Below, in pieces: positions 9,730-24,920 of a DNA stretch of 64,000 nucleotides. This stretch comes from K189A clade bacterium. Its GTDB lineage: Bacteria; Pseudomonadota; Gammaproteobacteria; Pseudomonadales; Azotimanducaceae. Location of the stretch: the NCBI GenBank assembly GCA_018607725.1, contig JABBAY010000223.1, forward strand, positions 3,367 to 67,366, given 5' to 3'. Below the pieces are notes generated by a model. The model had not been told where the DNA came from. It worked only from the letters and a program-made list of their open reading frames with translations, and made no database searches. A program made the translations under genes and the position numbers. How positions within the stretch are numbered: the first letter of the stretch is position 1; every line of letters begins with the position of its first letter.

Positions 9730-11000
9730 TGCAAGAATACCAATCCGCCGTTAGAGTCCTCAGCGCTGTCGTTATCGACGGCAAGTCCATGGATAGTCAG
9801 TTCAATAGTGGTGATTCGCCGCTGAGTAAACAAATCAGCTACGGCGTAATTCGCGACTATTATCATCTCAACGCCCTCCTCGAGCAGCTGTTGAAGAAGC
9901 CGTTAACCGGCAAGAACATTAACGTTCACCTACTGCTATTAGCTGGTCTTTATAGCGTTAATAACCTTAATCGACCCGCGCACGCCAGCGTCAATGCCAC
10001 CGTGAATGCCACTAAAGGCTTAAAACTCCCATGGGCTAAAGGCCTTGTTAACGGGGTGTTGCGCAATTATTTGCGTAATCAAGCTGACATTGAAACCAGC
10101 ATCGAGGGTGACATACAGGCCCAATCTAACCATCCAGAGTGGCTCCTCAATCGGATCAAGACAGCCTGGCCGGAGCAGCAAGAGACCATCATCACTGCCA
10201 ATAACGCGCGCCCGCCGATGACGCTGAGAGTCAATCAACAACGCCTCACCACCGCTGCCTATCTGGACCTTCTGACTGTCAGTAACATCGGCGCGCGTCT
10301 CGCGACTCACGCCCCCTCAGCTATCTATCTCGAAGCACCCATCAGCGTCAACCTGCTACCTGAATTCGAGCATGGCTATGCCAGCGTTCAGGATGAAGCA
10401 TCGCAACTGGCAGCCGAACTGTTAGCCCCTGCTGCCGGTATGCGGGTGCTCGATGCCTGTGCTGCGCCAGGCGGAAAAACCAGCCATATTTTAGAATCCT
10501 TTCCCGGCATCGCTCTCACAGCCCTAGATCTGGAAGAACACCGATTGGTCAGCGTTGCTGAGAACTTAAAACGCCTGGATCTCAAAGCAGACTGCGTCGC
10601 CAGTGATTTGCGGGATTTTGTTCCTGCGGCACTTTTTCAGCGGATCCTGTTAGATGCACCCTGCTCAGCAACCGGGATTATCCGACGCCACCCGGATATT
10701 AAGTTGCTGCGCAGAAATTCAGATATTGATAAGCTGGCGGCTACTCAGCTTGAGCTGCTCAACGCCGCCTGGGCAATGCTAGCGCCTGGCGGTATTTTGG
10801 TCTATTCAACCTGCTCGATATTACCTACTGAAAATGAAGACGTAATGAAACAATTTTTCAATGCGACTACTGACGCTGTGTCGATGCCTATTGAAGCCGA
10901 ATGGGGCCACGGCCAGGAATATGGCAGACAACTACTGCCCGATTTGCTCGGGCATGATGGGTTTTATTATTCGAGAATCGCCAAGGCCATACAGCCATGA
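9729..11000 (+). CDS. rsmB: 16S rRNA m5C967 methyltransferase
   Basis: [22 protein letters not shown] and YSTCS motifs. I chose the start at MQEYQ (ATG 9729, overlapping the fmt TGA) rather than the ORF-track start at 9603. Confidence 0.9.
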   Translation: MQEYQSAVRVLSAVVIDGKSMDSQFNSGDSPLSKQISYGVIRDYYHLNALLEQLLKKPLTGKNINVHLLLLAGLYSVNNLNRPAHASVNATVNATKGLKLPWAKGLVNGVLRNYLRNQADIETSIEGDIQAQSNHPEWLLNRIKTAWPEQQETIITANNARPPMTLRVNQQRLTTAAYLDLLTVSNIGARLATHAPSAIYLEAPISVNLLPEFEHGYASVQDEASQLAAELLAPAAGMRVLDACAAPGGKTSHILESFPGIALTALDLEEHRLVSVAENLKRLDLKADCVASDLRDFVPAALFQRILLDAPCSATGIIRRHPDIKLLRRNSDIDKLAATQLELLNAAWAMLAPGGILVYSTCSILPTENEDVMKQFFNATTDAVSMPIEAEWGHGQEYGRQLLPDLLGHDGFYYSRIAKAIQP

Positions 11001-12367
11001 AAATTATCATTCTTGGTGCCGGCGAAGTGGGAGGCAACCTTGCCCAAAACCTCACAAAAGAAGCCAGCGATATTACCGTCGTCGACCATGATGCTGATCG
11101 CTTGAGAGAGTTGCAGGATCGCTTTGATATTCGGACTATTCGCGGCATGGGGTCTCATCCCGACGTACTGCGCCAAGCCGGCGCCGAAGATGCGGACATG
11201 CTCATTGCCGTGACCAATAGCGATGAAGTGAATATGGTGGCCTGTCAGGTCGCCTACTCTGTATTTCATACACCAACAAAAATCGCGCGCATTCGGTCAA
11301 CCACCTATCTTGAATATGGCATCTTTCGTAATGAAGCCATGCCTGTCGACTTTCTGGTAAATCCCGAGCAAATAGTGACCCATGATATTTGTCGTCTAAT
11401 TGACAACCCAGGGGCACTCCAGGTCATGGATTTCGCTGATGGCCAGGTGCAGCTTGTGGGTATCAAAGCCCATTATGGTGGCCCGCTCATAGATCAAGAG
11501 CTACGTTACCTGCGTCAGCACATGCCCACAGTTGATACCCGCGTTGCTGCGATATTTCGGAAAAATCGGCCGATCATCCCTCAGGGTGACACGGTGATCG
11601 AGGCTGAAGACGAAGTGTTTTTTATTGCCGCAGCCGGTGATATCCAAGCTGTCATGAGCGAAATGCGTCGAACCGAGAGACCTAATCGGCGGCTGATCAT
11701 TGCCGGTGGTGGGCATATCGGTCTTGGCCTGGCCCGAGCACTGGAACATCGTTACGGAGTCCGGGTCATAGAGCGCAGTCGCCAGCGTTGTTACGAGTTG
11801 TCAGAGTCTCTTGACCGGGCCATCGTCCTGGCCGGGGATGCCTCCGATAGAGAACTGCTGCTAGAAGAAAACATTGAAGAAACTGATGTGTTTTGCGCAG
11901 TGACTAATGATGACGAAGCCAACATTATGTCAGCGATGCTGGCAAAGAGCCTGGGCGCCCGCAAGGTGATCGCTTTGATCAACAACCCCGCTTACGTTGA
12001 TTTGATTGAGGGAAGCAATATCGATATCGCGATTTCACCGCAACAAGCGACTCTCGGTAGTATTCTCACTCACATCCGTCGCGGTGATGTGGTCAAGGTT
12101 CACTCCCTTCGCCGGGGAGCCGCCGAGGCTATCGAGGCTATCGCCCACGGCGACCGCAGAAGCTCAAAGGTCGTGGGAAGAAAAATCGAGGAAATTGATT
12201 TGCCCCCGGGCGCTAATATTGGCGCCATCGTCCGAGGTCGCGACGTTATCATCGCTCATGATGATGTCGTTGTTGAGCCCGATGACCATGTCATCCTGTT
12301 TCTGGTCGACAAAAGCCGAATCAGCGAAGTCGAGAAGCTGTTTCAGGCACCCTTCACTTTTTTCTGA
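10997..12367 (+). CDS. trkA: Trk potassium uptake protein, NAD-binding subunit
   Basis: Two Rossmann folds: [13 protein letters not shown] and [13 protein letters not shown]. 456 aa. Confidence 0.94.
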   Translation: MKIIILGAGEVGGNLAQNLTKEASDITVVDHDADRLRELQDRFDIRTIRGMGSHPDVLRQAGAEDADMLIAVTNSDEVNMVACQVAYSVFHTPTKIARIRSTTYLEYGIFRNEAMPVDFLVNPEQIVTHDICRLIDNPGALQVMDFADGQVQLVGIKAHYGGPLIDQELRYLRQHMPTVDTRVAAIFRKNRPIIPQGDTVIEAEDEVFFIAAAGDIQAVMSEMRRTERPNRRLIIAGGGHIGLGLARALEHRYGVRVIERSRQRCYELSESLDRAIVLAGDASDRELLLEENIEETDVFCAVTNDDEANIMSAMLAKSLGARKVIALINNPAYVDLIEGSNIDIAISPQQATLGSILTHIRRGDVVKVHSLRRGAAEAIEAIAHGDRRSSKVVGRKIEEIDLPPGANIGAIVRGRDVIIAHDDVVVEPDDHVILFLVDKSRISEVEKLFQAPFTFF

Positions 12368-12376
12368 CGGTAACCC

Positions 12377-13825
12377 ATGCATATTCAAATTGCCTTCAGA
12401 ATACTTGGCAGTCTCCTGATGATCTTCAGTTTGACCATGTTGCCGCCGGTCCTGGTTTCCTGGTTATTTGCCGACGGCGTCAGCATTATCTTTATCGATA
12501 CTTTCGTCTTAACGTTTTCCGCGGGCGCGGTCTTATTCGGCTTGTTTCGAAAACACCATCAGGAAATGCGAACCAAAGACGGCTTTCTTATCACCTTTTT
12601 ATTTTATATGGCCCTGGGTTGCTTTGGCGCGATTCCAATGGTCCAGGAAAGTGGTATCAACCTAAGCTGGGCAGACGCGCTGTTTGAGTCCTTTTCCGGG
12701 CTCACCACCACCGGTGCAACCGTCATCACCGGTATCGATGATTTACCCGCTTCGATCCTCTTTTATCGCCAACAACTACAGTGGCTCGGCGGTATGGGTA
12801 TCATCGTTCTCGCTGTTGCCATATTACCCATGCTGGGCATTGGTGGGATGCAGCTCTATCGAGCAGAAACGCCCGGGCCTTTAAAAGATAGCAAGCTCAC
12901 CCCGAGAATCAAGCAAACGGCTGTCGCTCTTTGGTCTATTTATATTGGCCTCACCGTAGCCTGTGCCGCCGCTTACTGGATTGCGGGCATGTCTTTGTTC
13001 GATGCAATCTGCCACAGTTTTTCGACTATCGCCATCGGTGGTTTCTCAACCCACGATGCGAGCATCGGTTACTTCGACTCAGTGGCAATTGAGATGGTTG
13101 CGATCTTTTTTATGGCGCTTGCGGGTATTAATTTCGGACTCCATTTTTTTGGCTGGAAGGAGCGTACGGTTTTGCATTATCTGCGCGACGATGAGGTCGT
13201 CATCTACCTGTTGTTACTCATCATTGGCACAGTGATCGTCACGGCTGGGCTCGTATCATTCGGTACCTACGAGGTGCCCACTGCATTTCGGTTTGCCGCT
13301 TTTGAAGTGGTATCCATTTTCACGACCACCGGCTTCGCGACTGCAGATTTCAGCACCTGGCCAAATATGCTGCCGTATCTGATATTTCTCGGCGCGTTTA
13401 CTGGCGCTTGCGCCGGATCTACCGGTGGTGGCATGAAAGTTATGCGTGTCATGCTGATCTGCAAACAAGGGATTCGAGAAATTCACCGGTTGATTCATCC
13501 CAATGCTATCTTCCCTATCAAACTCAATCGTCGCCCTGTGTTAGCGGGAGTTATCGAATCTGTCTGGGGGTTCTTCTCGATCTACGTGGTGATTTTCTTA
13601 TTTATGTTACTGGCCATGATGGCCTGCGGTTTAGATTTCAGCAGCGCATTTTCAGCGGTCGGCGCAACAATCAATAATCTTGGACCGGGCCTTGGCAGCG
13701 TCGCTCATCACTATGGCGACATCAGCGATACCGCGAAACTCATCCTGTGCTTTTCCATGATGCTCGGTCGCCTCGAGATCTTTACTTTACTCGTCTTGTT
13801 TACGCCGATGTTCTGGCGCAAATAG
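12377..13825 (+). CDS. trkH: Trk potassium uptake membrane subunit
   Basis: 482-aa polytopic protein with repeated pore-loop-like TTTG/GGFS segments. Immediately downstream of trkA. Confidence 0.9.
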   Translation: MHIQIAFRILGSLLMIFSLTMLPPVLVSWLFADGVSIIFIDTFVLTFSAGAVLFGLFRKHHQEMRTKDGFLITFLFYMALGCFGAIPMVQESGINLSWADALFESFSGLTTTGATVITGIDDLPASILFYRQQLQWLGGMGIIVLAVAILPMLGIGGMQLYRAETPGPLKDSKLTPRIKQTAVALWSIYIGLTVACAAAYWIAGMSLFDAICHSFSTIAIGGFSTHDASIGYFDSVAIEMVAIFFMALAGINFGLHFFGWKERTVLHYLRDDEVVIYLLLLIIGTVIVTAGLVSFGTYEVPTAFRFAAFEVVSIFTTTGFATADFSTWPNMLPYLIFLGAFTGACAGSTGGGMKVMRVMLICKQGIREIHRLIHPNAIFPIKLNRRPVLAGVIESVWGFFSIYVVIFLFMLLAMMACGLDFSSAFSAVGATINNLGPGLGSVAHHYGDISDTAKLILCFSMMLGRLEIFTLLVLFTPMFWRK

Positions 13826-13863
13826 CCTCTAGACCGGCAAATCACGCCTCCCATGGTGCCCAA

Positions 13864-14775
13864 TCAATATAGCGGAACGCTGCCCTCAGGGTAGCGGCGA
13901 AAGCGCTTGTACTCCCACTGGTATTGATTCGGATCGATCCGAACACATTGCTCGATACTCTTGTTGACCCCCAGCATTGATTGCATAGAGTCACTGGCAT
14001 ACACGTCCACATCAGGAATACCGAACCGCACAGTAAAGCCTTGCCCACCAGGCTCACGAATAACAACACAAGTGACCACTCTGGCACCGGTTTTTTGGAT
14101 CAATCGGGTCAGCAGGCGGTCGGTGAACGCCGGCTGGCCAAAAAAGGGCACGAACTCGCCGCTGCTGGGCACCTGGTCCGGCAATACGGTGACGACGCGA
14201 CCCTCCCGCAAGCGCCGATATAGTTGCGCGACGCCGGCGCGGTTAGTCGGCACCATTTCATTCCCAAAATTCTTTCGTACCGCCGCCATAATCGGTCGTA
14301 AATAGGCCTTATCTGGGGGCTGATACAAGGCAGTCATGGGCTGGCGGCGCGCAAAATATACATTCAGCAACTCCCAATTACCGAAATGGGGTAACAGGAT
14401 AACGACGCCGTTCCCCTGTGCAACCGCCTCGTCCAATAGAGATTCGCCTTCCACCTTGTTGATCCAGCCGTCAATTCGGCGCCGAGATCCGAGCCAAATA
14501 GCCGGTGTTTCCATGATCGTCTGCCCCATGTGCTGCAGGCTCGATTTAACAAGATGATCCGGCTTCGTGTCAGCGGAAAACCTACCGCAAGCTCGAAGGT
14601 TAATCTCGGTGACTCTCGCGGCCCGAGCCTTGAACCAGAACAAGCAGGTACCCAGGCGTCGACCGAGCCACTGACTTAGGCCCAGCGGTAAACTCGCCAG
14701 GCAGCGCAACATGAGCCAGACCATGATGATAGCGATTGGGTTGGGCGGTGGACCTGTATCAATCTCGACACTCAT
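13864..14775 (-). CDS. lipid A biosynthesis lauroyl/myristoyl acyltransferase (LpxL/HtrB family)
   Basis: LLPHFGNWE acyltransferase motif with an N-terminal TM segment. I chose the start at MSVEID, which gives an ATGA overlap with the tag stop. Confidence 0.8.
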   Translation of the reverse strand: MSVEIDTGPPPNPIAIIMVWLMLRCLASLPLGLSQWLGRRLGTCLFWFKARAARVTEINLRACGRFSADTKPDHLVKSSLQHMGQTIMETPAIWLGSRRRIDGWINKVEGESLLDEAVAQGNGVVILLPHFGNWELLNVYFARRQPMTALYQPPDKAYLRPIMAAVRKNFGNEMVPTNRAGVAQLYRRLREGRVVTVLPDQVPSSGEFVPFFGQPAFTDRLLTRLIQKTGARVVTCVVIREPGGQGFTVRFGIPDVDVYASDSMQSMLGVNKSIEQCVRIDPNQYQWEYKRFRRYPEGSVPLY

Positions 14776-15359
14776 GGACACGCCGCGGCGCACTCGCGAT
14801 GCCGGTGGCAGGAAACCAGATGGTCATTTACCATGCCCGTCGCCTGCATCAACGCATAACAGATCGTGGTGCCAACAAATTTGAAGCCATCGGCTTTTAG
14901 ACGTTTACTCAACGCATCTGACACGGCAGTTTTCGCCGGTACATCTGCGATTGAGACGAATTGATTTTGAATGGGTCGACCCTCTACGAAGTCCCAAAGG
15001 TAATCCTTAAACTGGCGGCCTGAATCTAAAATGGCAAGATAACTGCGCGCATTCGTAATACAGCTGTCTATTTTCAAACGATTGCGCACGATGCCCGCAT
15101 TACCGAGCAGCTCGGCTTTCTTTTGATCGTCGTAACGGGCGATCAATTCTGGATCAAAACCGTCTAAGGCCAACCGATAGTTCTCTTGCTTGCGCAGAAT
15201 CGTGATCCAGCTGAGTCCGGCCTGGGCGCCTTCAAGCAGTAAAAACTCGAACAGCACGCGATCATCAAATTCTGGATAACCCCAGACTTCGTCATGATAG
15301 CTCCGATAAAGCGCGTCACCCTGACACCAGTCGCACCGAATCAAGTCTTCAGTTGCCAT
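14772..15359 (-). CDS. tag: DNA-3-methyladenine glycosylase I
   Basis: CDWCQGDALYRSYHDEVWG N-terminus and C-terminal zinc ligands HLVSCHRH. Confidence 0.92.
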   Translation of the reverse strand: MATEDLIRCDWCQGDALYRSYHDEVWGYPEFDDRVLFEFLLLEGAQAGLSWITILRKQENYRLALDGFDPELIARYDDQKKAELLGNAGIVRNRLKIDSCITNARSYLAILDSGRQFKDYLWDFVEGRPIQNQFVSIADVPAKTAVSDALSKRLKADGFKFVGTTICYALMQATGMVNDHLVSCHRHRECAAACP

Positions 15360-15534
15360 TCATAAACCCTCCGATTATACAGATCCAATGCTGATATCGA
15401 GCTTTCAGTGCCACCATCGGACCATCCACGGTTATTCTACAGGACTTTATCATCACGAACATTCGGCTACACCGATGGCCATGACTCCCACTCCTTCGGT
15501 ATACTGAGCGCCATTTCATTGTTAGGCCAGATAC

Positions 15535-16467
15535 ATGAGCGTAGCCACTTTCCAGGACATGATTTTGACTCTGCAGCGCTACTGGGCAGATCAAGGCTGT
15601 GTATTAATGCAACCCTACGATATGGAGGTCGGTGCCGGGACCTTTCATCCAGCGACGTTCTTGCGCGCTATTGGTCCAGAAAGCTGGCAAGCGGCCTATG
15701 TTCAGCCATGCCGACGACCAACAGATGGTCGGTACGGCGAAAACCCCAACCGCTATCAATATTATTACCAGTTTCAGGTCATGCTTAAACCATCGCCAGA
15801 AAATATCCAGGCGTTGTATCTCGACTCGCTGCGTCACTTGGGCATAGATCCACTAGTACATGACATTCGTTTTGTCGAAGACAACTGGGAATCTCCGACG
15901 CTGGGCGCCTGGGGTCTTGGCTGGGAAGTCTGGATGGATGGCATGGAGATAACTCAATTCACCTATTTCCAACAGGTCGGTGGACTCGAGTGTTATCCGG
16001 TCACGGGTGAGATTACCTATGGACTCGAGCGCCTGGCCCTCTATCTGCAGGGCGTCGAAGACTTTCAGCAACTCATCTGGAGCAAGTCTGATACGGCGAC
16101 GGTGACCTATGCCGATGTCTTCCACCAGTATGAAGTCGAGATGTCTGCTTATAATTTTGATTACGCCGACGTCAACGCATTGTTTGCCCAATTCGATTTT
16201 TGCGAAGCAGAAACCACTCGGCTATTGGCTGCATCTTTGCCTTTGCCCGCTTATGAGTTTGTAATGAAAGCATCCCATGCATTCAATTTGCTTGATGCTC
16301 GCCAGGCGGTTTCGGTGACAGAGCGACAAAGATTTATCTTACGCGTCAGAGCGCTGTCTCGAGCTGTCGCTCAAGCCTATTTTGAGTCAAGGAAAGCACT
16401 CGATTTTCCACTGGCCGACGACGCTATCAAGCAAACGTTTCTCCAGGAGGTGATCAGTGGTCGTTAA
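15535..16467 (+). CDS. glyQ: glycine-tRNA ligase alpha subunit
   Basis: [17 protein letters not shown] and [13 protein letters not shown]. 310 aa. Confidence 0.97.
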   Translation: MSVATFQDMILTLQRYWADQGCVLMQPYDMEVGAGTFHPATFLRAIGPESWQAAYVQPCRRPTDGRYGENPNRYQYYYQFQVMLKPSPENIQALYLDSLRHLGIDPLVHDIRFVEDNWESPTLGAWGLGWEVWMDGMEITQFTYFQQVGGLECYPVTGEITYGLERLALYLQGVEDFQQLIWSKSDTATVTYADVFHQYEVEMSAYNFDYADVNALFAQFDFCEAETTRLLAASLPLPAYEFVMKASHAFNLLDARQAVSVTERQRFILRVRALSRAVAQAYFESRKALDFPLADDAIKQTFLQEVISGR

Positions 16468-18523
16468 AGATCTCTTATTTGAACTTCAAACTGAAGAGCT
16501 TCCGCCAAAATCTCTCAGTCTATTGATCAAGTCTCTCGTAAATAATATCAACGCTGAACTTAAAAAATCTCAGTTCGCATTTAAGACCGTCACGAGTTAC
16601 GCAACACCCCGACGGCTTGCTTTTCTCGTGTCTGATTTGGCAGAACAGCAACCTGACCAATCAATAGAGCGGCGCGGCCCAGCATTGAAGGCCGCCTATG
16701 ATAGTGAAGGCAAACCCTCGAAAGCGCTGACTGGATTTATGCGTTCCTGTGGACTGGACGACCCCAACCGGCTGGAAAAGCAAGAAACATCCAAAGGCAC
16801 TTGGCTGGTCTACCAACAACACAAACCCGGCGGCAATATACGCGAACTGATTAGCGACATCCTTTTGAAGAGTCTTAGCACACTGCCAATCGATCGTAAA
16901 ATGCACTGGGGCGCTAGCCGAGTTGAGTTTGTCAGGCCAGTACACTCCTTGGTGCTTCTCTATGGCGAAGAAATTTTACCCGCAAGAATTCTCAATTGTG
17001 ACTCTGGAAGAACCACTCTCGGCCATCGCTTCATGAGTAATGGCGTAATCAAGATTAAGTCTGCAAACGAGTATGCTGAGGTGCTCAGAGACAACTATGT
17101 GATTGTTGATTTCGAGGTAAGGAAGTCAGTCATCCTTGAGCAACTGGCAAAGGTTGAAGCGCTGGAAAATGCGCGTGTCATTATTGATCCTGAGTTGCTT
17201 GATGAGGTCACGTCCTTGGTCGAGTGGCCCATCGCTCTGAGCGGTAAATTTGACTCGGCATTTTTAAGTGTGCCTGAGGAGGCATTGATCTCAGCGATGA
17301 AATCACACCAGCGCTATTTTCATCTCGTCGATTTGCAGGGCAAGCTACTGCCGCGTTTTGTGACAATCGCGAATATCGAGAGTCGCGATCAACAAGCTGT
17401 TATCAAAGGCAACGAGCGGGTTATTTCTCCTCGTCTGGCTGACGCGGCTTTCTTCTATCGACGTGATCAACAAACAACGCTCGAGAGCAACCTCGAGCGT
17501 CTCGGCAATGTGGTATTTCAGGCTAAGCTCGGCACCTACTTGGATAAGGCCAAGCGCATTTCCCGCATAGCTGGGTTCATCGCCGAGCAAATCGGCGAAG
17601 ACGTCAGCCAGGCGCAGCGGGCCGGATTATTGTGCAAGGCTGACCTGGTAGCTTCAATGGTCGGTGAATTTCCAGAACTGCAGGGTCTTATGGGTGGGTA
17701 TTACGCCCACCACGACGGTGAACCGGAAGCAGTTGTGCAGGCCATTAAGGAGCATTACCTGCCGAGCTTTTCCGGTGGCGAACTGCCAACCAGTGCCACC
17801 GGTCAGGCTGTCGCGATCGCAGATAAACTCGATACGCTGACAGGCTTGTTTGGTATCAACCAGCCACCCACGGGTTCCAAGGATCCCTTTGCGTTGCGGC
17901 GCCAGACCCTTGGAGTCATTCGTATCTGCATCCAGGCTGGACTCAAGCTGGATATACGAGAAACGCTGGCGATCGCAGCTGGCCAACACAGTCCAGATTT
18001 CTCAACGACAGCCGTGTACGACTATTTATTGGATCGTCTGGGGACTTGGTATCAGGATCAAGGCATACCCGGAGACACGTTCAATGCCGTGCGATTTAGT
18101 CACCAGGACATCACAGATCTTGGGGATTGCGACAGGCGGGTTCGATCCATTCAGGAATTTCGCACTCAACCCCAAGCTGAGAATCTCATCGCCGCGAACA
18201 AGCGGGTCGCGAATATTTTAAAGAAAGCAGGTGCGATAGATGCCAGCATCGATCCGGCGCTGTTCCAATCACCCGCAGAAAGCGCGCTATTTACCGCACT
18301 TGGCGCGGCAGAGGCGGATCTGCAGACACCCCATGCCGATCTTGAGCAGGACTATAACGCCAAATGCCTGACCCTCGCGGCACTGCAAGGCACTATCGAT
18401 GCTTACTTTGATGAGGTGATGGTGATGGCTGACGAACCGGCAATAAGAGCGAATCGGTTGGCAACACTACAGAAGATGCGAACTTTATTTTTGGATATCG
18501 CCGACTTCTCTTTGCTTCAATGA
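16457..18523 (+). CDS. glyS: glycine-tRNA ligase beta subunit
   Basis: [11 protein letters not shown]-terminus. 688 aa. GTG start overlapping the end of glyQ. Confidence 0.95.
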   Translation: MVVKDLLFELQTEELPPKSLSLLIKSLVNNINAELKKSQFAFKTVTSYATPRRLAFLVSDLAEQQPDQSIERRGPALKAAYDSEGKPSKALTGFMRSCGLDDPNRLEKQETSKGTWLVYQQHKPGGNIRELISDILLKSLSTLPIDRKMHWGASRVEFVRPVHSLVLLYGEEILPARILNCDSGRTTLGHRFMSNGVIKIKSANEYAEVLRDNYVIVDFEVRKSVILEQLAKVEALENARVIIDPELLDEVTSLVEWPIALSGKFDSAFLSVPEEALISAMKSHQRYFHLVDLQGKLLPRFVTIANIESRDQQAVIKGNERVISPRLADAAFFYRRDQQTTLESNLERLGNVVFQAKLGTYLDKAKRISRIAGFIAEQIGEDVSQAQRAGLLCKADLVASMVGEFPELQGLMGGYYAHHDGEPEAVVQAIKEHYLPSFSGGELPTSATGQAVAIADKLDTLTGLFGINQPPTGSKDPFALRRQTLGVIRICIQAGLKLDIRETLAIAAGQHSPDFSTTAVYDYLLDRLGTWYQDQGIPGDTFNAVRFSHQDITDLGDCDRRVRSIQEFRTQPQAENLIAANKRVANILKKAGAIDASIDPALFQSPAESALFTALGAAEADLQTPHADLEQDYNAKCLTLAALQGTIDAYFDEVMVMADEPAIRANRLATLQKMRTLFLDIADFSLLQ

Positions 18524-18559
18524 GTACTGGAGCAAAGGCAGTCGGCGAGGACCCCAGCC

Positions 18560-19114
18560 GTGGCTGATTCGATTATCGTTTTAGACAGAGATGGCGTGAT
18601 CAACGTCGACTCGCCAGACTATATTAAATCAGCGGACGAGTGGGTGCCGCTGCCGGGTAGCATCCAGGCAATTGCCAGCCTATCCCAGGCAGGTCACAAG
18701 ATCTATGTGGCCACCAACCAAGCGGGTCTGGCCCGGCAAAAGTTTTACCTGCCAGACCTCGAGGCCATGCACGCTAAGTTGCTTCGGTTAGTCGGTGCAG
18801 CCGGGGGGCAAATTGAGAAGATTTTCTTTTGCCCGCATCATCCTAACGCAGAATGTGAATGCCGTAAGCCTCGCCCCGGATTACTGAATCAGATTCGACG
18901 ATTTCATCCAGGTGCTATAGACACCCTGACCTTTGTTGGTGACTCAGTGAAGGACATTGACGCTGCCATCGCCGGCGACGCAGACCCCGTTCTGGTGCTC
19001 ACTGGTAATGGCAAAGCGACGTTGCAGGTTATTCAACAACGCGGATTGATGATCGAAGTCCATTCGGACCTCGCCGCTTTCGCCAAAGCCCGAATCAGCG
19101 CATTCCCTTGCTAA
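18560..19114 (+). CDS. gmhB: D-glycero-D-manno-heptose 1,7-bisphosphate phosphatase (HAD family)
   Basis: VLDRDGVIN HAD motif I and the CECRKPRPG zinc/motif region. 184 aa. Confidence 0.85.
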   Translation: MADSIIVLDRDGVINVDSPDYIKSADEWVPLPGSIQAIASLSQAGHKIYVATNQAGLARQKFYLPDLEAMHAKLLRLVGAAGGQIEKIFFCPHHPNAECECRKPRPGLLNQIRRFHPGAIDTLTFVGDSVKDIDAAIAGDADPVLVLTGNGKATLQVIQQRGLMIEVHSDLAAFAKARISAFPC

Positions 19115-19125
19115 CTGCGCTGATT
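19093..19125. terminator. 10-bp perfect hairpin between convergent gmhB and gyrB (possible bidirectional terminator)
   Basis: AATCAGCGCA (19093..19102) pairs exactly with TGCGCTGATT (19116..19125) across a 13-nt loop. It spans the gmhB stop codon. There is no clear U-tract on either strand. Confidence 0.35.
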
Positions 19126-19144
19126 GGGCTAGGAAACCAGTAAC

Positions 19145-22645
<3,501 letters not shown>

Positions 22646-22649
<4 letters not shown>

Positions 22650-23746
22650 AGCTTCATTGGCATAACAACATAAATTGAATCTTCCGCACTTGGGTCCTCC
22701 AACAACGCACTGCTATTGGCATCATGCAGGGTAATCTTTACCGTATCGCTATCAATAACGCCTAAAACATCTAGCACATAGCCGACGTTGAAACCGACCT
22801 CAAGCTCAGCCCCCTGGTAGTCCACGGACACCGTTTCCTCTGCCTCCTCTTGTTCCGGGTTATTTGCCGATAGCTGCAAAACACCTGAAGACAGGTTAAC
22901 GCGAATTCCACGGAATTTTTCATTTGACAATATCGCGGTGCGATTCAGTGCCTGCCGCAGCTCTAATTTATCCGCCACGATAAGCTTATCGCCATTTTTG
23001 GGAATTACGCGATCATAATCTGGAAACCGCCCGTCTACCAACTTGGTTGTCAGCACAAAGTCTGCGGACTCTGCCATCAAATAATTAGCTCCTATGGCAA
23101 TCCCTATATCACCTTCGACTTCGTTTAATAAGCGCTGCAATTCAAGAACGCCCTTTCTGGGCAAGATCACTTGCCGACTATCTGCGCTTGCACCTTCGAG
23201 CTTAAGCGTGCTCATTGCCAACCGGTGACCATCCGTCGCGACAGTCTTGACGTAATCTCCACCCATCTCAATCAACATACCATTGAGGAAATACCGAACA
23301 TCTTGCTGCGCCATGGCGAAAGCTGTTCTGTCCAACAACCGCTTCAAGGACTTGCTGTCGATTCTAGTGGACATTTCCGCGAGTGATTTCTCTACTGTCG
23401 GAAAGTCTTCCGCGGGCAGCGTCGACAGTGTCGAGCGAAAACGACCGGCTTTAACCGTCAACCGTTGCCCCACTAATATCAATTCGATCTCAGCCTTGTC
23501 TGGCAACTCGCGACAAATATCCATTAACTTTCGCGCCGGCACAGTAATCTCGCCGCTTTCACCTTCGATTAACGGTACTCGACCCACCATCTCCACTTCG
23601 AGATCGGTGCCCGTTAAGGACAATACGTTGCCCTCAACCTGCAACAATACATTCGACAACACTGGCAAAGTCTGACGTCGTTCGACGACGCCGGCAACTT
23701 GCTGCAGCGGTTTCAACAGCGCTTCTCTACTAACCCGTAACTTCAT
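22646..23746 (-). CDS. dnaN: DNA polymerase III beta sliding clamp (canonical copy, recF-proximal)
   Basis: 366 aa. It keeps the E. coli/Pseudomonas-type signatures TVATDGHRLA, KLVDGRFPDY, ILSNEKFRGIR, NNPEQEEAEE, GFNVGYVLD and the C-terminal YVVMPMKL. ATGA overlap with recF. Confidence 0.95.
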
Positions 23747-23798
23747 GGAATTTCCTATAGTGAGTGCTCACATTACACACAGGGCCTATATTACAGGC

Positions 23799-24902
23799 TT
23801 ATAAAATCATGGGGCTTACCACGAAACGTGATAAGCTCTCGTCAGGACCTGCCAGCAACATGGCACTATTGCCATCTATAAACGTCATTTGAACCCTATC
23901 GCCATCGATCGCCGATAGCGCATCAATGATGTAGTCCACATTAAAGCCAATCTTTAAACCCGCTCCATCGTAATCAACCGGAACATTTTCTTCAGCCTCT
24001 TCCTGCAATGGGTTGTTCGCGTAAATACCCAAGTTACCCGGCGTAAGCTCCAGACGGATATTTCGATAGGTCTCGTTCGCCAGGATTGCAGTTCTCGTTA
24101 ATGCGTCCTTAATTTCACGCCTGTTACCCACCACGATGACATCGCCCCCCGCCGGGATGGCTCTTTCATAATCCGGGTATGTGGCATCAATTAATTTTGT
24201 CACCAAACAGAATTGACGGGACACGACCCGCAGGTGATTTCTTGAAAATTGAACCAGTAGTTCCTGTGTGTCATCTTTAACCATTCGTAGCATTTCGACA
24301 ACGCCTTTTCTGGGGACGATGAACTGCTGCGTGTTACTCACCGCATAAGCACCTGGCAGATGGTTAACAGCAAGCCTTTGGCCGTTAGTTGCCACCGTCG
24401 TCAACTGGTTTGCGCCTGTCACAAACAACATTCCATTAAAAAAATACCGAACATCCTGATGTCCCATGGCGAAACTGGTCTTATCCAGAAGGCGCTTAAA
24501 ATCCGCTGGCGCGAGCCTCAGTTCGACCAGGACTGGATCCATCTCGACGGTGGGAAAATCTATAATCTCCAAGGTTGCCAGGTGCGACCGAAAGCGACCG
24601 CTGACAATGCTCATTCGCTCGCCCTCAAGGGAACAGACCAACGGTGCTGTACCGGGCAAGCTGCGACAAATTTCACTAAATTTACGCGCTGGTATTGTCA
24701 CAGCACCATCGACAGTACTTCTAATACTGTCCAGGCTTGCGCTTAACTCAACTTCTAGATCCGTGCCGACAAGCGTCAGCCGACCCTTCTCTACAGAGAT
24801 CATCAGGTTCGCAAGCACCGGCAACGTCTGCCGGCGCTCCACCACACCAGACACAAATTGCAAAGGCTCGAGCAGCGCATCACGGTCTATCTCAAACTTC
24901 AT
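23799..24902 (-). CDS. divergent second beta sliding-clamp paralogue (dnaA-proximal)
   Basis: 367 aa, full three-domain length. It shares SGVVERRQTLPVL, GTDLEVE, HQDVRYF.NGML, VPRKGV, NNPLQEEAEE and GFNVDYIID with DnaN. It differs at TVATNGQRLA, KLIDATYPDYERAIP, ILANETYRNIR and the C-terminal FVVSPMIL. AAGGA RBS, 18 nt after the dnaA stop. Confidence 0.88.
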   Translation of the reverse strand: MKFEIDRDALLEPLQFVSGVVERRQTLPVLANLMISVEKGRLTLVGTDLEVELSASLDSIRSTVDGAVTIPARKFSEICRSLPGTAPLVCSLEGERMSIVSGRFRSHLATLEIIDFPTVEMDPVLVELRLAPADFKRLLDKTSFAMGHQDVRYFFNGMLFVTGANQLTTVATNGQRLAVNHLPGAYAVSNTQQFIVPRKGVVEMLRMVKDDTQELLVQFSRNHLRVVSRQFCLVTKLIDATYPDYERAIPAGGDVIVVGNRREIKDALTRTAILANETYRNIRLELTPGNLGIYANNPLQEEAEENVPVDYDGAGLKIGFNVDYIIDALSAIDGDRVQMTFIDGNSAMLLAGPDESLSRFVVSPMIL

Positions 24903-24920
24903 GGCAGTCCTTATCGACCC

